From NCBI RefSeq assembly GCF_009914755.1, contig NC_060936.1: a stretch of DNA of 64,000 nucleotides. One strand, 5' to 3'. The notes beneath the pieces were generated by a model. It made no database searches. It saw only the letters and a list, made by a program, of their open reading frames with translations, and was not told the DNA's origin. The first letter of the stretch is position 1. Every line of letters starts with the position of its first letter. Position numbers and translations under genes: made by a program. Of the stretch, positions 54,001 to 64,000 are shown piece by piece. Source of the DNA: the human T2T-CHM13v2.0 reference genome, Homo sapiens.

Positions 54001-54740
54001 CATGGAAACTCCACAAAAAGAGTGTTTCAAATCTGCTCTTTCTGAAGGAAGGTTCATCTCTGTGAGTTGAATACACACACCACAAATAAGTTACTGAGAA
54101 TTCTTCTGTGTAACATTATATGAGGAAATCCCGTTTCCAACGAAGGCCTCAAAGAGATCCAAATATCCACTTGCAGACTTTACAAAGACAGTGTCTCCAA
54201 ACTCCTCCATCAACAGAAAGGTTATACTCTGAATTGAACGCACACATCACAAAGTAGTTTCTGAGAATGATTCTGTCTAGTTTTTATACGAAGATATTTC
54301 CTTTTCTACATTTGGCCTAAAAGCGCTTGAAATCTCCACCTGCAAATATCACAAAAACAGGGTTTCACATCTGCTCTGTCTAAAGGACAGTTCACCTCTG
54401 TGAGTTGAATAGAGGCAACACAAAGAACTTACTCAGTATTCTTCTTTCTAGCGTTCTATGAAGAAATCCCGTTTCCAACGAAGGCCCCAAAGAGGTCCAA
54501 ATATCTGCTTGCAGACTTTACAGACAGAGTGTTTCCAAACTACTCTATGAAAAGAAAGCTTAAACTCCTTGAGTTGAACGCACACATCACAAAGTAGTTT
54601 CTGAGAATGATTCTGTCTAGTTTTTATACGAAGATGTTTCCTTTTCTACATTTGGTCTCAAAGCGATTGAAATCTCCAACTGGAAACTGCACAAATAGGG
54701 TGTTTCAAATCTGCTCTGTCTAAAGGAAGGTTCAACTCTG
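42100..54740. repeat. Domain with a 2-HOR (2,718 bp, 16-mer) periodicity nested in a 4-HOR (5,434 bp) duplication
   Basis: caatgaagg plus aataacc recur at 42592, 45310, 48028, 50744 and 53462. gacgtcaaaat plus gaatatacac occupy the alternate HORs. The variants catcagaaag, tctggttt, caacagaaagg, aaacaggg and a 2-bp deletion are paired 5,434 bp apart (~47455-48925 and ~52889-54359). Confidence 0.88.
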
Positions 54741-57700
54741 TGAGGTGAATACACACACCACAAATAAGTTACTGAGAATTCTTCTGTCGAACATTACTTG
54801 AAGAAATCCCGTTTCCAACGAAGGCCTCAAAGAGGTCCAAATATCTACTTGCAGACATTACAAACAGAGTGTTTCCAGACTGCTCCATCAAAAGAAAGGT
54901 TAAACTCTGTGAGCTGAACACACACATCAAAAAGAAGTTTCTGTGAATGATTCTGTCTAGATTTTATAAGAAGATGTTTCCTTTTCTACCGTAGGCCTCA
55001 AAGCGCTTGAAATCTCCAGCTGCAAATTCCACAAAAAGGGTGTTTAACATCTGCTCTTCTAAAGGAAAGTTCAACCCTATGAGTTGAATACACACAGCAC
55101 AAAGACGTTACTGAGACTTCTCCTATCAAACATTATATGAAGAAATCCCGTTTCCAACGAAGGCCTCAAAGAGGTCCAAATATCTGCTTGCAGACTTTAC
55201 AGACAGAGTGTTTCCAAACTGCTCCACCAAAAGAAAGGTTAAACTCCTTGAGTTGAACACACACATCACAAAGTAGTTTCTGTGTATGATTCTGTCTAGT
55301 TTTTATACGAAGATGTTTCCTTTTCTACCTTTGGTCTCAATGCGATTGAAATCTCCACATGGAAACTCCACAAAAAGAGTGTTTCAAATCTGCTCTTTCT
55401 GAAGGAAGGTTCAACTCTGTGAGTTGAATACACACACCACAAATAAGTTACTGAGAATTCTTCTGTGTAACATTATATGAGGAAATCCCGTTTCCAACGA
55501 AGGCCTCAAAGAGATCCAAATATCCACTTGCAGACTTTACAAAGACAGTGTCTCCAAACTCCTCCATCAAAAGAAAGGTTATACTCTGTGAATTGAACGC
55601 ACACATCACAAAGTAGTTTCTGAGAATGATTCTGTCTAGTTTTTATACGAAGATATTTCCTTTTCTACATTTGGCCTAAAAGCGCTTGAAATCTCCACCT
55701 GCAAATATCACAAAAAGAGGGTTTCACATCTGCTCTGTCTAAAGGACAGTTCACCTCTGTGAGTTGAATAGAGGCAACACAAAGAACTTACTCAGTATTC
55801 TTCTTTCTAGCGTTCTATGAAGAAATCCCGTTTCCAACGAAGGCCCCAAAGAGGTCCAAATATCTGCTTGCAGACTTTGCAGACAGAGTGTTTCCAAACT
55901 ACTCGATGAACAGAAAGCTTAAACTCCTTGAGTTGAACGCACACATCACAAAGTAGTTTCTGAGAATGATTCTGTCTAGTTTTTATACGAAGATGTTTCC
56001 TTTTCTACATTTGGTCTCAAAGCGATTGAAATCTCCAACTGGAAACTGCACAAATAGGGTGTTTCAAATCTGCTCTGTCTAAAGGAAGGTTCAACTCTGT
56101 GAGTTGAATACACACACCACAAATAAGTTACTGAGAATTCTTCTGTCGAACATTACTTGAAGAAATCCCGTTTCCAACAAAGACCTCAAAGAGGTCCAAA
56201 TATCCACTTGCAGACATTACAAACAGAGTGTTTCCAAACTTCTCCATCAAAGGAAAGGTTAAACTCTGTGAGCTGAACACACACATCAAAAAGAAGTTTC
56301 TGTGAATGATTCTGTCTAGATTTTATAAGAAGATGTTTCCTTTTCTACCGTAGGCCTCAAAGCGCTTGAAATCTCCAGCTGCAAATTCCACAAAAAGGGT
56401 GTTTAACATCTGCTCTTCTAAAGGAAAGTTCAACCCTATGAGTTGAATACACACAGCACAAAGAAGTTACTGAGACTTCTCCTATCAAACATTATATGAA
56501 GAAATCCCGTTTCCATCGAAGGCCTCAAAGAGGTCCAAATATCTGCTTGCAGACTTTACAGACAGAGTGTTTCCAAACTGCTCCATCAAAAGAAAGGTTA
56601 ACCTCCTTGAGTTGAACACACACATCACAAAGTAGTTTCTGTGAATGATTCTGTCTAGTTTTTATACGAAGATGTTTCCTTTTCAACCTTTGGTCTCAAA
56701 GCGATTGAAATCTCCACATGGAAACTCCACAAAAAGAGTGTTTCAAATCTGCTCTTTCTGAAGGAAGGTTCATCTCTGTGAGTTGAACACACACACCACA
56801 AATAAGTTACTGAGAATTCTTCTGTGTAACATTATATGAGGAAATCCCGTTTCCAACGAAGGCCTCAAAGAGGTCCAAATATCCACTTGCAGACTTTACA
56901 AAGACAGTGTCTCCAAACTCCTCCATCAAAAGAAAGGTTATACTCTGTGAATTGAACGCACACATCACAAAGTAGTTTCTGAGAATGATTCTGTCTAGTT
57001 TTTATACGAAGATATTTCCTTTTCTACATTTGGCCTAAAAGCGCTTGAAATCTCCACCTGCAAATATCACAAAAAGAGGGTTTCACATCTGCTCTGTCTA
57101 AAGGACAGTTCACCTCTGTGAGTTGAATAGAGGCAACACAAAGAACTTACTCAGTATTCTTCTTTCTAGCGTTCTATGAAGAAATCCCGTTTCCAACGAA
57201 GGCCCCAAAGAGGTCCAAATATCTGCTTGCAGACTTTACAGACAGAGTGTTTCCAAACTACTCTATGAAAAGAAAGCTTAAACTCCTTGAGTTGAACGCA
57301 CACATCACAAAGTAGTTTCTGAGAATGATTCTGTCTAGTTTTTATACGAAGATGTTTCCTTTTCTACATTTGGTCTCAAAGCGATTGAAATCTCCAACTG
57401 GAAACTGCACAAATAGGGTGTTTCAAATCTGCTCTGTCTAAAGGAAGGTTCAACTCTGTGAGTTGAATACACACACCACAAATAAGTTACTGAGAATTCT
57501 TCTGTGGAACATTACTTGAAGAAATCCCGTTTCCAACGAAGGCCTCAAAGAGGTCCAAATATCCACTTGCAGACATTACAAACAGAGTGTTTCCAAACTG
57601 CTCCATCAAAAGAAAGGTTAAACTCTGTGAGCTGAACACACACATCAAAAAGAAGTTTCTGTGAATGATTCTGTCTAGATTTTATAAGAAGATGTTTCCT

Positions 57701-60700
57701 TTTCTACCGTAGGCCTCAAAGCGCTTGAAATCTCCAGCTGCAAATTCCACAAAAAGGGTGTTTAACATCTGCTCTTCTAAAGGAAAGTTCAACTCTATGA
57801 GTTGAATACACACAGCACAAAGAAGTTACTGAGACTTGTCCTATCAAACATTATATGAAGAAATCCCGTTTCCAACGAAGGCCTCAAAGAGGTCCAAATA
57901 TCTGCTTGCAGACTTTACAGACAGAGTGTTTCCAAACTGCTCCATCAAAAGAAAGGTTAACCTCCTTGAGTTGAACACACACATCACAAAGTAGTTTCTG
58001 TGAATGATTCTGTCTAGTTTTTATACGAAGATGTTTCCTTTTCTACCTTTGGTCTCAAAGCGATTGAAATCTCCACATGGAAACTCCACAAAAAGAGTGT
58101 TTCAAATCTGCTCTTTCTGAAGGAAGGTTCATCTCTGTGAGTTGAATACACACACCACAAATAAGTTACTGAGAATTCTTCTGTGTAACATTATATGAGG
58201 AAATCCCGTTTCCAACGAAGGCCTCAAAGAGGTCCAAATATCCACTTGCAGACTTTACAAAGACAGTGTCTCCAAACTCCTCCATCAAAAGAAAGGTTAT
58301 ACTCTGTAAATTGAACGCACACATCACAAAGTAGTTTCTGAGAATGATTCTGTCTAGTTTTTATACGAAGATATTTCCTTTTCTACATTTGGCCTAAAAG
58401 CGCTTGAAATCTCCACCTGCAAATATCACAAAAAGAGGGTTTCACATCTGCTCTGTCTAAAGGACAGTTCACCTCTGTGAGTTGAATAGAGGCAACACAA
58501 AGAACTTACTCAGTATTCTTCTTTCTAGCGTTCTATGAAGAAATCCCGTTTCCAACGAAGGCCCTAAAGAGGTCCAAATATCTGCTTGCAGACTTTACAG
58601 ACAGAGTGTTTCCAAACTACTCTATGAAAAGAAAGCTTAAACTCCTTGAGTTGAACGCACACATCACAAAGTAGTTTCTGAGAATGATTCTGTCTAGTTT
58701 TTATACGAAGATGTTTCCTTTTCTACATTTGGTCTCAAAGCGATTGAAATCTCCAACTGGAAACTGCACAAATAGGGTGTTTCAAATCTGCTCTGTCTAA
58801 AGGAAGGTTCAACTCTGTGAGTTGAATACACACACCACAAATAAGTTACTGAGAATTCTTCTGTCGAACATTACTTGAAGAAATCCCGTTTCCAACGAAG
58901 GCCTCAAAGAGGTCCAAATATCCACTTGCAGACATTACAAACAGAGTGTTTCCAACCTGCTCCATCAAAAGAAAGGTTAAACTCTGTGAGCTGAACACAC
59001 ACATCAAAAAGAAGTTTCTGTGAATGATTCTGTCTAGATTTTATAAGAAGATGTTTCCTTTTCTACCGTAGGCCTCAAAGCGCTTGAAATCTCCAGCTGC
59101 AAATTCCACAAAAAGGGTGTTTAACATCTGCTCTTCTAAAGGAAAGTTCAACTCTATGAGTTGAATACACACAGCACAAAGAAGTTACTGAGACTTCTCC
59201 TATCAAACATTATATGAAAAAATCCCGTTTCCAACGAAGGCCTCAAAGAGGTCCAAATATCTGCTTGCAGACTTTACAGACAGAGTGTTTCCAAACTGCT
59301 CCATCAAAAGAAAGGTTAAACTCCTTGAGTTGAACACACACATCACAAAGTAGTTTCTGTGAATGATTCTGTCTAGTTTTTATACGAAGATGTTTCCTTT
59401 TCTACCTTTGGTCTCAATGCGATTGAAATCTCCACATGGAAACTCCACAAAAAGAGTGTTTCAAATCTGCTCTTTCTGAAGGAAGGTTCAACTCTGTGAG
59501 TTGAATACACACACCACAAATAAGTTACTGAGAATTCTTCTGTGTAACATTATATGAGGAAATCCCGTTTCCAACGAAGGCCTCAAAGAGATCCAAATAT
59601 CCACTTGCAGACTTTACAAAGACAGTGTCTCCAAACTCCTCCATCAAAAGAAAGGTTATACTCTGTGAATTGAACGCACACATCACAAAGTAGTTTCTGA
59701 GAATGATTCTGTCTAGTTTTTATACGAAGATATTTCCTTTTCTACATTTGGCCTAAAAGCGCTTGAAATCTCCACCTGCAAATATCACAAAAAGAGGGTT
59801 TCACATCTGCTCTGTCTAAAGGACAGTTCACCTCTGTGAGTTGAATAGAGGCAACACAAAGAACTTACTCAGTATTCTTCTTTCTAGCGTTCTATGAAGA
59901 AATCCCGTTTCCAACGAAGGCCCCAAAGAGGTCCAAATATCTGCTTGCAGACTTTACAGACAGAGTGTTTCCAAACTACTCTATGAAAAGAAAGCTTAAA
60001 CTCCTTGAGTTGAACGCACACATCACAAAGTAGTTTCTGAGAATGATTCTGTCTAGTTTTTATACGAAGATGTTTCCTTTTCTACGTTTGGTCTCAAAGC
60101 GATTGAAATCTCCAACTGGAAACTGCACAAATAGGCTGTTTCAAATCTGCTCTGTCTAAAGGAAGGTTCAACTCTGTGAGTTGAATACACACACCACAAA
60201 TAAGTTACTGAGAATTCTTCTGTCGAACATTACTTGAAGAAATCCCGTTTCCAACGAAGGCCTCAAAGAGGTCCAAATATCCACTTGCAGACATTACAAA
60301 CAGATTGTTTCCAACCTGCTCCATCAAAAGAAAGGTTAAACTCTGTGAGCTGAACACACACATCAAAAAGAAGTTTCTGTGAATGATTCTGTCTAGATTT
60401 TATAAGAAGATATTTCCTTTTCTACCGTAGGCCTCAAAGCGCTTGAAATCTCCAGCTGCAAATTCCACAAAAAGGGTGTTTAACATCTGCTCTTCTAAAG
60501 GAAAGTTCAACTCTATGAGTTGAATACACACAGCACAAAGAAGTTACTGAGACTTCTCCTATCAAACATTATATGAAGAAATCCCGTTTCCAACGAAGGC
60601 CTCAAAGAGGTCCAAATATCTGCTTGCAGACTTTACAGACAGAGTGTTTCCAAACTGCTCCATCAAAAGAAAGGTTAAACTCCTTGAGTTGAACACACAC

Positions 60701-63700
60701 ATCACAAAGTAGTTTCTGTGAATGATTCTGTCTAGTTTTTATACGAAGATGTTTCCTTTTCTACCTTTGGTCTCAAAGCTATTGAAATCTCCACATGGAA
60801 ACTCCACAAAAAGAGTGTTTCAAATCTGCTCTTTCTGAAGGAAGGTTCATCTCTGTGAGTTGAATACACACACCACAAATAAGTTACTGAGAATTCTTCT
60901 GTGTAACATTATATGAGGAAATCCCGTTTCCAACGAAGGCCTCAAAGAGATCCAAATATCCACTTGCAGACTTTACAAAGACAGTGTCTCCAAACTCCTC
61001 CATCAAAAGAAAGGTTATACTCCGTGAATTGAACGCACACATCACAAAGTAGTTTCTGAGAATGATTCTGTCTAGTTTTTATACGAAGATATTTCCTTTT
61101 CTACATTTGGCCTAAAAGCGCTTGAAATCTCCAACTGCAAATATCACAAAAAGAGGGTTTCACATCTCCTCTGTCTGAAGGACAGTTCACCTCTGTGAGT
61201 TGAATAGAGGCAACACAAAGAACTTACTCAGTATTCTTCTTTCTAGCGTTCTATGAAGAAATCCCGTTTCCAACGAAGGCCCCAAAGAGGTCCAAATATC
61301 TGCTTGCAGACTTTACAGACAGAGTGTTTCCAAACTACTCTATGAAAAGAAAGCTTAAACTCCTTGAGTTGAACGCACACATCACAAAGTAGTTTCTGAG
61401 AATGATTCTGTCTAGTTTTTATACGAAGATGTTTCCTTTTCTACATTTGGTCTCAAAGCGATTGAAATCTCCAACTGGAAACTCCACAAAAAGAGTGTTT
61501 CAAATCTGCTCTGTCTAAAGGAAGGTTCAACTCTGTGAGTTGAATACACACACCACAAATAAGTTACTGAGAATTCTTCTGTCGAACATTACTTGAAGAA
61601 ATCCCGTTTCCAACGAAGGCCTCAAAGAGGTCCAAATATCCACTTGCAGACATTACAAAGAGAGTGTTTCCAAACTGCTCCATCAAAAGAAAGGTTAAAC
61701 TCTGTGAGCTGAACACACACATCAAAAAGAAGTTTCTGTGAATGATTCTGTCTAGATTTTATAAGAAGATGTTTCCTTTTCTACCGTAGGCCTCAAAGCG
61801 CTTGAAATCTCCAGCTGCAAATTCCACAAAAAGGGTGTTTAACATCTGCTCTTCTAAAGGAAAGTTCAACTCTATGAGTTGAATACACACAGCATAAAGA
61901 AGTTACTGAGACTTCTCCTATCAAACATTATATGAAAAAATCCCATTTCCAACGAAGGCCTCAAAGAGGTCCAAATATCTGCTTGCAGACTTTACAGACA
62001 GAGTGTTTCCAAACTGCTCCATCAAAAGAAAGGTTAACCTCCTGAGTTGAACACACACATCACAAAGTAGTTTCTGTGAATGATTCTGTCTAGTTTTTAT
62101 ACGAAGATGTTTCCTTTTCTACCTTTGGTCTCAAAGCGATTGAAATCTCCACATGGAAACTCCACAAAAAGAGTGTTTCAAATCTGCTCTTTCTGAAGGA
62201 AGGTTCATCTTTGTGAGTTGAATACACACACCACAAATAAGTTACTGAGAATTCTTCTGTGTAACATTATATGAGGAAATCCCGTTTCCAACGAAGGCCT
62301 CAAAGAGGTCCAAATATCCACTTGCAGACTTTACAAAGACAGTGTCTCCAAACTCCTCCATCAAAAGAAAGGTTATACTCTGTGAATTGAACGCACACAT
62401 CACAAAGTAGTTTCTGAGAATGATTCTGTCTAGTTTTTATACGAAGATATTTCCTTTTCTACATTTGGCCTAAAAGCGCTTGAAATCTCCACCTGCAAAT
62501 ATCACAAAAAGAGGGTTTCACATCTGCTCTGTCTAAAGGACAGTTCACCTCTGTGAGTTGAATAGAGGCAACACAAAGAACTTATTCAGTATTCTTCTTT
62601 CTAGCGTTCTATGAAGAAATCCCGTTTCCAACGAAGGCCCCAAAGAGGTCCAAATATCTGCTTGCAGACTTTACAGACAGAGTGTTTCCAAACTACTCTA
62701 TGAAAAGAAAGCTTAAACTCCTTGAGTTGAACGCACACATCACAAAGTAGTTTCTGAGAATGATTCTGTCTAGTTTTTATACGAAGATGTTTCCTTTTCT
62801 ACATTTGGTCTCAAAGCGATTGAAATCTCCAACTGGAAACTGCACAAATAGGGTGTTTCAAATCTGCTCTGTCTAAAGGAAGGTTCAACTCTGTGAGTTG
62901 AATACACACACCACAAATAAGTTACTGAGAATTCTTCTGTCGAACATTACTTGAAGAAATTCCGTTTCCAACGAAGGCCTCAAAGAGGTCCAAATATCCA
63001 CTTGCAGACATTACAAACAGAGTGTTTCCAAACTGCTCCATCAAAAGAAAGGTTAAACTCTGTGAGCTGAACACACACATCAAAAAGAAGTTTCTGTGAA
63101 TGATTCTGTCTAGATTTTATAAGAAGATGTTTCCTTTTCTACCGTAGGCCTCAAAGCGCTTGAAATCTCCAGCTGCAAATTCCACAAAAAGGGTGTTTAA
63201 CATCTGCTCTTCTAAAGGAAAGTTCAACTCTATGAGTTGAATACACACAGCACAAAGAAGTTACTGAGACTTCTCCTATCAAACATTATATGAAGAAATC
63301 CCGTTTCCAACGAAGGCCTCAAAGAGGTCCAAATATCTGCTTGCAGACTTTACAGACAGAGTGTTTCCAAACTGCTCCATCAAAAGAAAGGTTAACCTCC
63401 TTGAGTTGAACACACACATCACAAAGTAGTTTCTGTGAATGATTCTGTCTAGTTTTTATACGAAGATGTTTCCTTTTCTACCTTTGGTCTCAAAGCGATT
63501 GAAATCTCCACATGGAAACTCCACAAAAAGAGTGTTTCAAATCTGCTCTTTCTGAAGGAAGGTTCATCTCTGTGAGTTGAATACACACACCACAAATAAG
63601 TTACTGAGAATTCTTCTGTGTAACATTATATGAGGAAATCCCGTTTCCAACGAAGGCCTCAAAGAGGTCCAAATATCCACTTGCAGACTTTACAAAGACA

Positions 63701-64000
63701 GTGTCTCCAAACTCCTCCATCAAAAGAAAGGTTATACTCTGTGAATTGAACGCACACATCACAAAGTAGTTTCTGAGAATGATTCTGTCTAGTTTTTATA
63801 CGAAGATATTTCCTTTTCTACATTTGGCCTAAAAGCGCTTGAAATCTCCACCTGCAAATATCACAAAAAGAGGGTTTCACATCTGCTCTGTCTAAAGGAC
63901 AGTTCACCTCTGTGAGTTGAATAGAGGCAACACAAAGAACTTATTCAGTATTCTTCTTTCTAGCGTTCTATGAAGAAATCCCGTTTCCAACGAAGGCCCC

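Larger units (their letters stand above)
1..64000 (-). repeat. Alpha satellite higher-order repeat array, 8-mer HOR of 1,359 bp (~47 copies), SF1-type dimeric structure
   Basis: The opening sequence aaaaagagtgtttcaaatctgctctttctg recurs at 1, 1360, 2719, 4078 and 5437 (period 1,359). Typical alphoid motifs occur throughout (gaatgattctgtctag, ctctgtgagttgaa, gttactgagaattc). A CENP-B box occurs every 339-340 bp. There is no non-alphoid interruption or inversion. Strand is given as the one on which the CENP-B box reads CTTCGTTGGAAACGGGA. Confidence 0.99.

Noticed and set aside
115-63995. Regularly spaced conserved ~25-bp motif resembling a CRISPR repeat
   Set aside because: It is the CENP-B box and its flanks. 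The ~315-bp intervals are themselves repeats rather than unique spacers, and there are no cas genes.
1-64000. Mobile element insertion, inversion or non-alphoid island
   Set aside because: Box phase can be followed across the whole window and is fully explained by -4, -340, -2, -2 and -1 bp changes. No poly-A tail, target-site duplication or strand switch was seen.
1-64000. A previously undescribed gene-based or information-encoding system
   Set aside because: All patterns, including the T/P marker order, are explained by known satellite turnover (block duplication, unequal exchange, gene conversion). Nothing in the sequence supports a coding or programmed function.

Overview
The whole 64 kb window is primate (most likely human) centromeric alpha satellite. 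It consists of ~170-bp monomers in alternating box-less/CENP-B-box pairs (~340-bp dimers, here called A, B, C, D), grouped into a highly homogeneous 1,359-bp 8-monomer higher-order repeat (HOR), about 47 copies in one orientation. The sequence resembles the suprachromosomal family 1 (J1/J2) dimer. One HindIII and one PvuII site per 8-mer best fit the chromosome 12 live array D12Z3, but this assignment is from recall and needs an alignment. I found no genes, RNA genes, mobile elements or CRISPR arrays, and the five short ORFs are chance stop-codon losses in satellite DNA. I see no evidence of a new gene-based system. The interest is in the array's internal history: seven length-neutral hybrid HORs in which a C-type tract replaces part of A, one 6-mer HOR, short conversion-like tracts, nested block duplications (1, 2, 3 and 4 HORs, ~5.1 kb and ~16 kb offsets), a two-state HOR marker that splits the window into four domains, and a CENP-B box CpG mutation amplified at every second HOR. 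All variant positions were read by eye, so the lists may be incomplete and block boundaries are approximate.
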